A program made the position numbers and the translations under genes. A stretch of DNA of 64,000 nucleotides from the NCBI GenBank assembly GCA_965227295.1, contig OZ245742.1, forward strand, positions 3,456,001 through 3,520,000, given 5' to 3'. Positions within the stretch are counted from its first letter, which is position 1, and each line of letters opens with the position of its first letter. The notes under the pieces were generated by a model that searched no databases, was not told the DNA's origin, and saw only the letters and a program-made list of their open reading frames with translations. This DNA comes from Leptonemataceae bacterium. Its GTDB lineage: Bacteria > Spirochaetota > Leptospiria > Leptospirales > Leptonemataceae. Of the stretch, positions 18,064 to 26,696 are shown piece after piece.

Positions 18064-18816
18064 CTACCACTCGCCGCCTTTGCTGAACTTCTTTTTCGAC
18101 TCGCCTTTGAAGGCTTTGCCGGCTTCTCCAATGTTACTCAGGATCTCATCATGGCTTTTGCCGCTGGTAAACCTTGCAGCGGGGATGATCGTGAGGCATT
18201 CGTTTACGTCCATAAAAACCGATGCCTCCAGTAATTTGGCCTCATCTTCAGGAGGGACCGCAAGAAAGCCGTGTTTGTCGGCATGCACAAGCTGTCCCGG
18301 TTGAACCTTGCAGCCGAAGACCTCGACTTCGCAGTTCCATTTTACCGGCGTGACGTGCGCATTGCCGATGCACAGACGTTTTGCAATCGCTTTGAATCCG
18401 GCATTGGTCATTTCGTCAATATCTCGCACGGCTCCGTCGGTGATCGTGCCGACGCATCCGAGGGAGCGGTGTATGTTCGCGTTTACTTCGCCCCAGAAGG
18501 AACCCACACATGCGGGTTTGTCGAGATCCTGGATGATTACAATCTTCGGGCCGGGAATACTCGCCATGTATGCCCGGTACTCGCTGACTGCTTTGGGGTT
18601 GGTTTCCGTATGTTGTTTGTTGCTCGGTTCGATAACAACGGTAACTGCATAGCCGACCATGGGCCCCATTCCGGGCATGAAGTCCGCGACCTCGTCAAGA
18701 TTGAAGCACTCCTGCGCAACGTCGCGGCCGGTGATCTGTTTCCAGCCATTATATATGGTGGGCGTGTTCCAGCGCTTTAATTGAAGCAGGTCTGCCTGCG
18801 AAAGAATCCGACTCAT
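18064..18816 (-). CDS. RraA/HMG-aldolase family protein
   Basis: MVGYAVT, FWGEVN, GTITDGAVRD, VQPGQLVHADKHG; start MSRILSQ with GGAGG RBS. Confidence 0.85.
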   Translation of the reverse strand: MSRILSQADLLQLKRWNTPTIYNGWKQITGRDVAQECFNLDEVADFMPGMGPMVGYAVTVVIEPSNKQHTETNPKAVSEYRAYMASIPGPKIVIIQDLDKPACVGSFWGEVNANIHRSLGCVGTITDGAVRDIDEMTNAGFKAIAKRLCIGNAHVTPVKWNCEVEVFGCKVQPGQLVHADKHGFLAVPPEDEAKLLEASVFMDVNECLTIIPAARFTSGKSHDEILSNIGEAGKAFKGESKKKFSKGGEW

Positions 18817-18859
18817 TGTAAACCTCCGGGAGTTTGTTCCCCTCGTGCGGGTATGATTT

Positions 18860-18878
18860 ATGTAGACAGTGACTACAT
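18860..18878. promoter_or_regulatory. TetR operator 1 (ATGTAGACAGTGACTACAT)
   Basis: Near-palindrome upstream of the RraA-like gene; identical copy at 19797-19815. Confidence 0.8.
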
Positions 18879-19024
18879 GGGTGTTCGCCGTGTCAATAAA
18901 ATATTGTTCCCCCGGTAAATCCCAGGAGTTGCACGACTCTGCTCGGTGTGCGCGGAACACGTCCCATCGGTGAGGTTGAAATTGAGGTTGATCGTTACGG
19001 CAGGCGAGATTCACGTATTCTCCT

Positions 19025-19633
19025 ATGCGAAACAAGAACAACGTTGATGTCCGGGAAGCATGTGTCAGCGAGTCGCTGAAGATCATCGAAGAGCACGGGA
19101 TCAAAGGCTTGAGCATCAGGGAAGTGGCGCGTCGATTGAAGATCTCGCATGGCGCGCCGTACCGGCACTATGAAAACCGGGATGCACTGATCGCCGAGAT
19201 TGCCATCCGGGGTTATGAACTTCTCGCCAGTTATCTTGTGAAGAACATCGATTATGAAAAAAAAACGCTGCCGGAGAATTACATAAACCTTCTGGACAAC
19301 TACATGAAGTTCAGCAACCAACACGGAACTTATTACGACATCATATTTCTCTCCGACCTTCCGCCCTCGCAGGATTATCCCGCATTGAAGAAAGCGGGCC
19401 TCATGACCTACTTTATCTTCGAAGACCTTGTTGTAAAAATGAAAGAACGCGGTGAGTGGCAGGTGGATGACGTAAAGGAGGTTTGTCTCGAACTGCTTTC
19501 GAAGATGCAGGGCCTGGCCACTTTGGTCAGTTCAAAGAAGATCTATACCGCCGGCTACACCAGGAACGATGTTAAAAAATATTCCCGGAACATCTTCCAG
19601 CGCTTCTATGATTCCATGAAGAAGCAGCCGTAG
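19025..19633 (+). CDS. TetR/AcrR family regulator
   Basis: GLSIREVARRLKISHGAPYRHY HTH. Confidence 0.9.
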   Translation: MRNKNNVDVREACVSESLKIIEEHGIKGLSIREVARRLKISHGAPYRHYENRDALIAEIAIRGYELLASYLVKNIDYEKKTLPENYINLLDNYMKFSNQHGTYYDIIFLSDLPPSQDYPALKKAGLMTYFIFEDLVVKMKERGEWQVDDVKEVCLELLSKMQGLATLVSSKKIYTAGYTRNDVKKYSRNIFQRFYDSMKKQP

Positions 19634-19796
19634 CGTCGAACGCAAATATTCCGGCATGTCTTCCATTATATTAGAACGTTTCCTGTTCCGTCTCGCCCGT
19701 CCGCGTTAGCCCTGCTTTCTTTTCGATACACTCATTCATTCAGTTCGTTTTTCGCAGGACCTGCGTTTATCCTTGACCGCCATTCTGTGTCCTTTT

Positions 19797-19815
19797 ATGT
19801 AGACAGTGACTACAT
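19797..19815. promoter_or_regulatory. TetR operator 2 (ATGTAGACAGTGACTACAT)
   Basis: Identical to 18860-18878; ~20 nt upstream of the transporter start. Confidence 0.8.
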
Positions 19816-19834
19816 AAAAGGACGGGTGGCGAAC

Positions 19835-21139
19835 ATGAAAGAAATATTCAATAGAGTGGCGAGTGCAAGGCCGGGTGGGATTCCCCTGTTTGTTGTGATT
19901 GTAATGGTCCTGACTTCCGTTGCGATCTGGCAGGCGGGGGCCCTTCAGGAAGGGGGCATTCTCACCGCCTGGCCCTTTATGATCTCCATGGGGCTCATCT
20001 TTTTCGCGATCGGCGAAAAGTTGCCCGTATGGAACAAGTTCTTCGGCGGCGGATACATTCTTGCCTTCGTTGGCGGCGCACTGCTGGCCAGGTTCGGCAT
20101 CGTCAACGCCGCCGATATCGAAGTATTAACCGCCAGCGCAATCGGAAACAAGTTCCTCTATTTTGCCCTGATCTTGCTGATCGCGGGAAACATTCTCGCT
20201 GTGCATAGAAGAACGCTGCTCAGGTCTCTGGTCGGCTATATCCCGCTGATTTTGATCGGCCTTACGGGAGCCGTGACTTTCGGTGGAATCGGGGGATTGA
20301 TCTTTGACATCCCGTTCTCGAGAATCATCACACACTACGTTCTTCCGATTATGGGCGGCGGTAACGGCGCGGGAGCGATTCCCATGGCCGAGATTTATGA
20401 GAACGTATCCGGAAAACCGCGTGGAGATTACTACAGCTATGCGATCGCAATTTTAACCCTGGCGAATTTGGTCGCCATCGTTCTCGCTTCACTGCTGAAT
20501 ATTCTCGGCAATAAGTTTCGATCATTGTCCGGCGACGGGAAGCTCGTTTACGACGATGCTAATGTGGCCGGAGGCAACGAAGACGAAGAAAAAGTTAACG
20601 TCGAGCCCACGGCCCAGGATCACCTGAATGCCTTTTACCTGGCCTTTGCCGTTTCGGGTGTTGCCATCATCCTGTACGGCCTGTTTAGTACGATTCATTT
20701 GTTCGCTTACGTCGTCGTCCTGTTTGTTATTTTGAATGCCCTCGATGTCGTATCCGCGCAATTGAAGGCGGCCTTGACCAACGTGATGAGGGGAGGGCTG
20801 AAGCTGATTCTGCCCATGGTTCTCTTTGTCATCGGTCTTGGGACGGACATCAACGAAATGATCAGCGCTTTGACTCTTTCGAATATGGTGATCATCATCA
20901 TGATCGTTTCGGGAGTCGTTCTGTTTATTCTCTGTTCATCGAGGCTCTTCAAGTTTTACCCGATCGAAGCGGCGATTACGGCGGGTCTGTGTATGGCCGA
21001 CAGAGGCGGCTCGGGTGACCTGGAGGTGTTGGGTGCATCGAAGCGCATGGAACTCTTCCCGTATGCGCAGCTCTCTTCACGAATCGGCGGCGGTCTCATT
21101 CTCGCTATCGCAGGCTACTTGTTCAGCCTGTTCCTGTAG
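19835..21139 (+). CDS. 2-hydroxycarboxylate transporter family (CitS/MaeN-like)
   Basis: LPIMGGGNGAGAIP, AGLCMADRGGSGD and YAQLSSRIGG family motifs. Confidence 0.9.
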   Translation: MKEIFNRVASARPGGIPLFVVIVMVLTSVAIWQAGALQEGGILTAWPFMISMGLIFFAIGEKLPVWNKFFGGGYILAFVGGALLARFGIVNAADIEVLTASAIGNKFLYFALILLIAGNILAVHRRTLLRSLVGYIPLILIGLTGAVTFGGIGGLIFDIPFSRIITHYVLPIMGGGNGAGAIPMAEIYENVSGKPRGDYYSYAIAILTLANLVAIVLASLLNILGNKFRSLSGDGKLVYDDANVAGGNEDEEKVNVEPTAQDHLNAFYLAFAVSGVAIILYGLFSTIHLFAYVVVLFVILNALDVVSAQLKAALTNVMRGGLKLILPMVLFVIGLGTDINEMISALTLSNMVIIIMIVSGVVLFILCSSRLFKFYPIEAAITAGLCMADRGGSGDLEVLGASKRMELFPYAQLSSRIGGGLILAIAGYLFSLFL

Positions 21140-21186
21140 GACGCGCTGCGTCTTGAAGTGAAGAAGCATTAATAATTAAGAGGTAA

Positions 21187-22563
21187 TTGAAAATGGCAAT
21201 GGATGATTCAACGTGCAGGATCCTGGTCCCCATCGGAGCGGTGGGCGGTGGAATTGCAGAGGAGGAGTTCCGAATCGGTCTTTCCCGGCGTCCGGATGCA
21301 ATCGCATGTGACGCAGGTTCCACCGACTCCGGACCGTCTTATCTGGGGACCGGCCAGACTAAGTATGCCCGAGAGGCGGTTAAAGAGGATATGCGGATCA
21401 TGGTGGTCGGCGGCAACGAACTGTCGATCCCGGTTCTGATCGGTTCCTGCGGAACCTGTGGATCCGACATGGGCGTGGACCTGATGAAGGAGATCACACT
21501 GGAAATCTGCAGAGAAGAAGGCATCAGAGCAAAGATTGCGTGCATCTATACCGGGCAAACTCACGGTACCATTAAGGCGAAGTTGCGGGAGAATAAGGTG
21601 CGGGCCCTGCCTCCCCTGGGAGATCTCACCGAAGCCTTGCTGGATGAGTGTGATCACATTGTGGCTCTTGCCGGGGCCGAGCCTTTTATCAAGGCCCTTG
21701 ATGAGGGCGCAAACATCATCCTGTGCGGCCGGGCCACCGATACGGCTATGATGTCGGCGCTTCCGTTGAAATGGGGGCTGCCCCCGGGGCCGACCTGGCA
21801 TGCCGCGAAGACCGTCGAATGCGGCGCTCAATGTACTTCTATGCCCGCAAAGGGCAGCGTGTTGATTTCAGTGGACCGAGATGGCTTTACCGTTGAGCCG
21901 ACCTTAGAAGGGGCCAGGTGTACTCCTTATACCGTGTCCGCGCACATGCTGTATGAAAATGCAAACCCCTATAAGCTGGTGGAGCCTTCCGGGACTACCG
22001 ATACCAGTACGGCCGTGTATAAACAACTCAACGATATCGCCGTGCGCGTTGAAGGTTCGAGTTTTCATCCGGCCGAAACATATACGATGAAGCTGGAAGG
22101 AGCCGGGGCCGTGGGGTTCCAGACGATCACGCTCGTGGGCATTCGGGACCCTGAGGTGTGTGCCCATCTCGACGAGTGGTCTACGAATTTGAAGAACTAC
22201 ATCAACACGCAGATTCAGAGGCTTAAGTACGATACGAGCACCTTTTCGTATGATATGAAACTCTACGGTTACAATGCGGTCATGGGAGAGAAGGTTCCTG
22301 AAGATGCGCCGCCGCCCCGGGAGATCCTCGTCCTTTTTACGGCGACGGGAAGTACGCAGGAAATGGCCAGCAAGATCAACAAAATGGTGCAGCCGTATCT
22401 GCTGCATTTTCCGTACAACTTTAAGGAGCAATTGCCGAGTTTTGCGTTTCCGTTTTCTCCGTCGGCAATAGAGAAGGGTCCCATCTACGAGTTCAAGCTG
22501 AACCATGTTGTTGAGCTGGAAGACCCGCTTGAACTTGTGAAGTTTGAATATGTAAGCAGTTGA
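21187..22563 (+). CDS. AtuA-like (DUF1446) protein
   Basis: AIACDAGSTDSGPSYLG, GANIILCGRATD, WHAAKTVECGAQC, AHMLYEN motifs. Confidence 0.85.
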   Translation: MKMAMDDSTCRILVPIGAVGGGIAEEEFRIGLSRRPDAIACDAGSTDSGPSYLGTGQTKYAREAVKEDMRIMVVGGNELSIPVLIGSCGTCGSDMGVDLMKEITLEICREEGIRAKIACIYTGQTHGTIKAKLRENKVRALPPLGDLTEALLDECDHIVALAGAEPFIKALDEGANIILCGRATDTAMMSALPLKWGLPPGPTWHAAKTVECGAQCTSMPAKGSVLISVDRDGFTVEPTLEGARCTPYTVSAHMLYENANPYKLVEPSGTTDTSTAVYKQLNDIAVRVEGSSFHPAETYTMKLEGAGAVGFQTITLVGIRDPEVCAHLDEWSTNLKNYINTQIQRLKYDTSTFSYDMKLYGYNAVMGEKVPEDAPPPREILVLFTATGSTQEMASKINKMVQPYLLHFPYNFKEQLPSFAFPFSPSAIEKGPIYEFKLNHVVELEDPLELVKFEYVSS

Positions 22564-22587
22564 TTCTAAATTGAGAGGAAAGCGAAG

Positions 22588-22902
22588 ATGAGTCTTATTA
22601 AAGATGTGTCGAGGTACGTAAGGTCCAAGAATGCCGGTCCCTTCTGGATGACCATTGATGTCTTCTGCGATACAAGGGAAGATTATGAAACGATTAAGAA
22701 GTCGAAGGACATCTTGCCGGAAAAAGTGGCAGCCCTTTACGATGTGGATATTGATTCGATCATGTTTTTCTTTGCAGACGATCTATTGACTGTTAAGTTT
22801 TCCATGCCCAAGGTTAATCCTCAGGGGCATAAATACGAGAGCGACATGCACTCGGGACAGCAGTTTGTGAAGATTCTTGATCTGGAACTTGCGCCCGGGT
22901 AG
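22588..22902 (+). CDS. DUF4387 family protein
   Basis: VRSKNAGPFWMTIDVF and DMHSGQQ motifs; usual partner of DUF1446. Confidence 0.85.
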   Translation: MSLIKDVSRYVRSKNAGPFWMTIDVFCDTREDYETIKKSKDILPEKVAALYDVDIDSIMFFFADDLLTVKFSMPKVNPQGHKYESDMHSGQQFVKILDLELAPG

Positions 22903-23159
22903 AGGGATTGAGCCTGACAACGCCCGTGGATCGCGGACGTATACCGTCCCCCTTTTCCCCTGGACACCCCTTAAGCTGAATACAACAAAAGGGGTAACAC
23001 ATGGAACCGAAGATACAAAGACCAGCAGTAAAGACGAGCAGTCCGCGCACGAACCTGTGCAGGAAGATGCGTTTTCGCGGCCCGGCCGGGCGCAACGCCC
23101 AATGAATCTCACTTATTCCGCTTTCGAATGTGTGTGGCGGCGTGGGCGCCACCCCTCAC

Positions 23160-23226
23160 AACGACAACGGCCCGGGGCCTGCACGCTCACTTTCTCATTG
23201 CGTGCAGGCCCCGGGCCGTTGTCGTT
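23160..23226. terminator. Perfect 27-bp inverted repeat directly downstream of tRNA-Leu
   Basis: AACGACAACGGCCCGGGGCCTGCACGC (23160-23186), 13-nt loop, exact reverse complement (23200-23226). Confidence 0.6.
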
Positions 23227-23229
23227 CAT

Positions 23230-23313
23230 TGCTCAGGAGAGGACTTGAACCTCCACAGGATTGCTCCCACTAGTACCTGAAACTAGCGCGTCTACCAGTT
23301 CCGCCACCTGAGC
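23230..23313 (-). tRNA. tRNA-Leu(CAG), CCA not encoded
   Basis: GCTCAGG/CCTGAGC acceptor stem, CTAGT-TTCAGGT-ACTAG anticodon arm, long variable arm, GGTTCAAGTCC T-arm. Confidence 0.95.
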
Positions 23314-23546
23314 TTGTGACCGGAGCGCCTCCTGAAACGAGGCGCAGAACAACCAGAGTTTTCGGCCGGAGCCGGGACGCAATCATTTTCAGAATCACGG
23401 GGCGGCAAGTCAGGAGCGTTTCCGGGAGCGCATCATCCCCGGCACAATCCCATCTCCGTGGTGGCCGGCCGATTTCCTTCGTCTTCCCGGGCGGGGTTCC
23501 AGGAATTTGAGTTTGCGTCTGCAGTCCGGGCCGCACGAAATCGTCC

Positions 23547-23933
23547 ATGCAATCAATCACATCGTTTCATCAATCACTCGTTCTGGTCGCGTTAACGTTC
23601 GTGTTCTTGCCGGCCTGCGGCGGCCCGTCCGGCGACGCATCGCAGGATGAATCCGCCCTCGCACCTGCGCCGCCCGCTACCGCTCCGTTTGTCCCGGTCC
23701 TCGAATCCCTGGAACACGGCGACGTCGCGTGTTACGTCACGCTGCGATACGCCGACGGCCCCAAAGACATGCTTGCCGACTTCGCCATCTGTGACATGGA
23801 AGAAGCCATCGGATCAAAGGTGAGCATCCGCACCGAATCGCAAAGCGTCATGGCCGCCTCGTGCCAGGGCGATCCGGAGTGCACGGACAGCGAGACGGTG
23901 GAGTTGATTGTGGATCTTCGCGTGGTGGAGTAG
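23547..23933 (+). CDS. Hypothetical lipoprotein
   Basis: Hydrophobic signal ending LPAC; Cys-containing domain (GDVACY, SCQGDPEC). Confidence 0.7.
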   Translation: MQSITSFHQSLVLVALTFVFLPACGGPSGDASQDESALAPAPPATAPFVPVLESLEHGDVACYVTLRYADGPKDMLADFAICDMEEAIGSKVSIRTESQSVMAASCQGDPECTDSETVELIVDLRVVE

Positions 23934-24078
23934 GTCTCGCCCCGCGTCTGAAGAACGTCAACACGGAAATCCCGGCACGATTCCCGGTGCGCAACGACTG
24001 GATTTTTCTTTACCCCCGCGCCGATGATCATAGTATCTTCCATTAAAAGAGCGGCACCGTCCGCTCCGCACGACGCAC

Positions 24079-24699
24079 ATGAATCGCACCACCACCGAAA
24101 GCGCACGCACGGCCGGTTACTCCCGCGCCACCAGCGAGACGGACATCGAAATGTCCATCAACCTCGACGGCACCGGCCGCTACGAGTTCCAGACCGACAT
24201 CCCGTTCTTCGAACACATGCTCTCCCACATCTCGAAGCACGGCCTCATCGACATCGATCTGCGCCTGCGCGGGGATCTGGAGATCGACGGCCATCACAGC
24301 GTCGAGGATACGGCCATCGTCTTCGGCAATCTCGTGCGCGAGGCCGTCGGCAACAAGGCCGGCATGAACCGCTACGGCCACTTCACGCTCACCATGGACG
24401 AGGTACTCACAACGGTCGCGGTGGACATCGGCGGGCGTTTCAACTTCACCTATACCGGGCCGGAGTCCATCAAGGTCGGCAAGTTCGGCGTATACGATGC
24501 GGAGCTCACCAACGAATTCTTACAGAAGTTCGCCATGCACGCGGCCATGAATTTGCACGTGCACGTGCACTACGGTGACAATCGCCATCACATCCACGAG
24601 AGCGTCTTTAAGGCCCTGGGCCGCGCGCTGCGCATGGCCGTGGAACTCGATCCGCGGCAGCAGGGCGCAATTCCCAGTACCAAAGGCGTTCTGGAGTGA
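24079..24699 (+). CDS. hisB: Imidazoleglycerol-phosphate dehydratase
   Basis: [35 protein letters not shown]. Confidence 0.97.
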   Translation: MNRTTTESARTAGYSRATSETDIEMSINLDGTGRYEFQTDIPFFEHMLSHISKHGLIDIDLRLRGDLEIDGHHSVEDTAIVFGNLVREAVGNKAGMNRYGHFTLTMDEVLTTVAVDIGGRFNFTYTGPESIKVGKFGVYDAELTNEFLQKFAMHAAMNLHVHVHYGDNRHHIHESVFKALGRALRMAVELDPRQQGAIPSTKGVLE

Positions 24700-24714
24700 A
24701 GGTGAAGTAACACG

Positions 24715-24836
24715 AATTTGGGCGCGTCGCCTGCGGCGACCGCGCTTTCCAGGGCTCCGCCTTGCGGCTTCGGTCCTCCGCCTTCGGCTCCGGACTCGCG
24801 GCTTCGCCGCGACCCTTCCAATCGCTCGCGCGAAGA
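24715..24836 (+). repeat. ~120-bp multi-hairpin repeat, copy 1 (hisB-hisH spacer)
   Basis: Shares ACCGCGCTTTCCAGGGCTCCG and CGCGACCCTTCCAATCGCT with 35643-35763. Confidence 0.85.
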
Positions 24837-24911
24837 AGTGCCTTTCATTCTCGCTACCTCGTGCGGTAAAAAAAAGCTGCCCGGGACAGCCCGCGAAAAA
24901 ACACTGACTCC

Positions 24912-25553
24912 GTGTCCGATCGCATCGTCGTCGTCGATTACGGGATGGGCAACATCCACAGCATCCTGAAAGCCCTGCGGCTCTACGCGGACGACGTCGT
25001 ATATACCGCTGACGTCGATGAAATCCGCAACGCCCGTTGCCTGGTTCTCCCCGGCGACGGCGCCTTCGGGGCCGCCATGCAGGGCCTGGCCCCGCTCGAA
25101 GCAAGCATCCGCGAGTTCGTGGAGCAGGGCCGCCCGCTGCTCGGCGTATGCATCGGTTTTCAGGTGCTCTTCGAAGACTCGGACGAAATCCACGACGGCA
25201 CCGACCGGTACGTGCGCGGTCTCGGCCTCATTCGTGGTAACATTCGCCGATTTCACTTTAGTGACGATCACGTTCGCGTGCCCCACATGGGCTGGAACCG
25301 ACTCATTCCGGCAGCCCGGCCGCAGGCAACCGACGGCGATTACGTCTACTTCATCCACTCCTACCGCGCCGAGAACGTTCCGTCGGAGAACATCGTCGCG
25401 TACTGTGACTATGCCGGAGACGTTTTCCCGGCCATCGTAACCAACGATCGCGGGAACGTGGTCGCGGCGCAGTTCCATCCCGAGAAAAGCGACGCCGTGG
25501 GACTGTCTATGTTGCAGGCCTGGGTCCGGGAACCGGAGCGACAGTTCGTCTGA
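24912..25553 (+). CDS. hisH: Imidazole glycerol phosphate synthase, glutaminase subunit
   Basis: DYGMGN, LPGDGAF, GVCIGFQ, PHMGWN, YFIHSY, QFHPEKS. Confidence 0.97.
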   Translation: MSDRIVVVDYGMGNIHSILKALRLYADDVVYTADVDEIRNARCLVLPGDGAFGAAMQGLAPLEASIREFVEQGRPLLGVCIGFQVLFEDSDEIHDGTDRYVRGLGLIRGNIRRFHFSDDHVRVPHMGWNRLIPAARPQATDGDYVYFIHSYRAENVPSENIVAYCDYAGDVFPAIVTNDRGNVVAAQFHPEKSDAVGLSMLQAWVREPERQFV

Positions 25554-25575
25554 GCGTCGTGTACAAGAACAAGTC

Positions 25576-26334
25576 ATGTCAAAGTTTCAAGTGATTCCCG
25601 CCGTCGATCTTTTGGGCGGCAACGTCGTGCGTCTCTACAAGGGCGATTACGATCAGTCCACGGTCTACGGGAAGGACCCGGCACAGCCCATCCGGGCTTT
25701 CATCGAGGCCGGGGCGGAACTGGTGCACGTGGTGGACCTGGACGCCGCCCGCCAGGGGGATCGTTCCGTAAACCGCGAGGCCGTCCGTCTCATCCGTGAA
25801 GCGGCCGGCGATGCCGTGCGTCTGGAGATCGGCGGCGGCATTCGCGACATGACCGCCGTCGAAGAGTACCGCAACGCCGGCATGGACCGGGTCATCATCG
25901 GTACCGCGGCCGTGCGCAATCCGGAGTTCACGGCGGAAGCCGTGGCCCGCTTCGGTGCGGACCACGTTATCGTCGGCGTCGACGCCCGGGACGGCACGGT
26001 GCGCGTGTCCGGCTGGGAAGAGGAGAGTTCGCTTACGGTGGACGACTTCGTGCGCGACCTGGCAGAAACCCGCGGTGTGACCGAAATCATCTTCACGGAC
26101 ATCGAACGGGACGGGGCGCTTACGGGCCCGCCGCTTGCCGCGCTCCGGAACCTGCTGGATACTTCGAGTCTGCACATCATCGCATCCGGCGGTGTCTCCT
26201 CTCTCGACGACGTGCGAACGCTGCTGGACCTGCGCCGTCAAAAACCCCGACTGGGCGGAGTGATCAGCGGCAAGGCGATCTACGAGGGCCGACTCGATCT
26301 GGCCGCCGCCGTACAACTCGCCTCTACCGTCTGA
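25576..26334 (+). CDS. hisA: ProFAR isomerase
   Basis: IPAVDL, HVVDLD, GGGIRD, TDIERDG, IASGGV. Confidence 0.97.
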   Translation: MSKFQVIPAVDLLGGNVVRLYKGDYDQSTVYGKDPAQPIRAFIEAGAELVHVVDLDAARQGDRSVNREAVRLIREAAGDAVRLEIGGGIRDMTAVEEYRNAGMDRVIIGTAAVRNPEFTAEAVARFGADHVIVGVDARDGTVRVSGWEEESSLTVDDFVRDLAETRGVTEIIFTDIERDGALTGPPLAALRNLLDTSSLHIIASGGVSSLDDVRTLLDLRRQKPRLGGVISGKAIYEGRLDLAAAVQLASTV

Positions 26335-26696
26335 AGCAGATTCCCGACCGTTCATCACGGCCTATCCGACATAAGCCCCGCGGTTTATGTTAAAACTATT
26401 CATACCGTCAGTACTTCATGCTGCGTCCTTGAAAAAAACAGGCCGCGGCGAGTTTCTCAGCGTATAAACCAGGAAAAGCCGTTGCCAGAAACCGATATTA
26501 AGTTCGAATACTAAAGAAATTAAAGCAATCTCGAATAACCTGAAAGAAATTCAGTCGACTTTAATATGATTCAACTTTTGAATCAAAAAATATAAGCAGT
26601 GTTGATTCATAGTTGCCCTCTATTCGCTCCGACATCACCGATGGCATAAGTGTGAAGCGGCGTACGTTAAAAGACCGAATCTCGCAACACCGGATC

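Noticed and set aside
16830..23230. Intact integrative element at tRNA-Leu
   Set aside because: No integrase and no duplicated tRNA 3' end were found; only composition and position suggest acquisition.
22877..23248. ORFs between DUF4387 and tRNA-Leu
   Set aside because: No recognisable motifs, and they overlap the hairpin and the tRNA.
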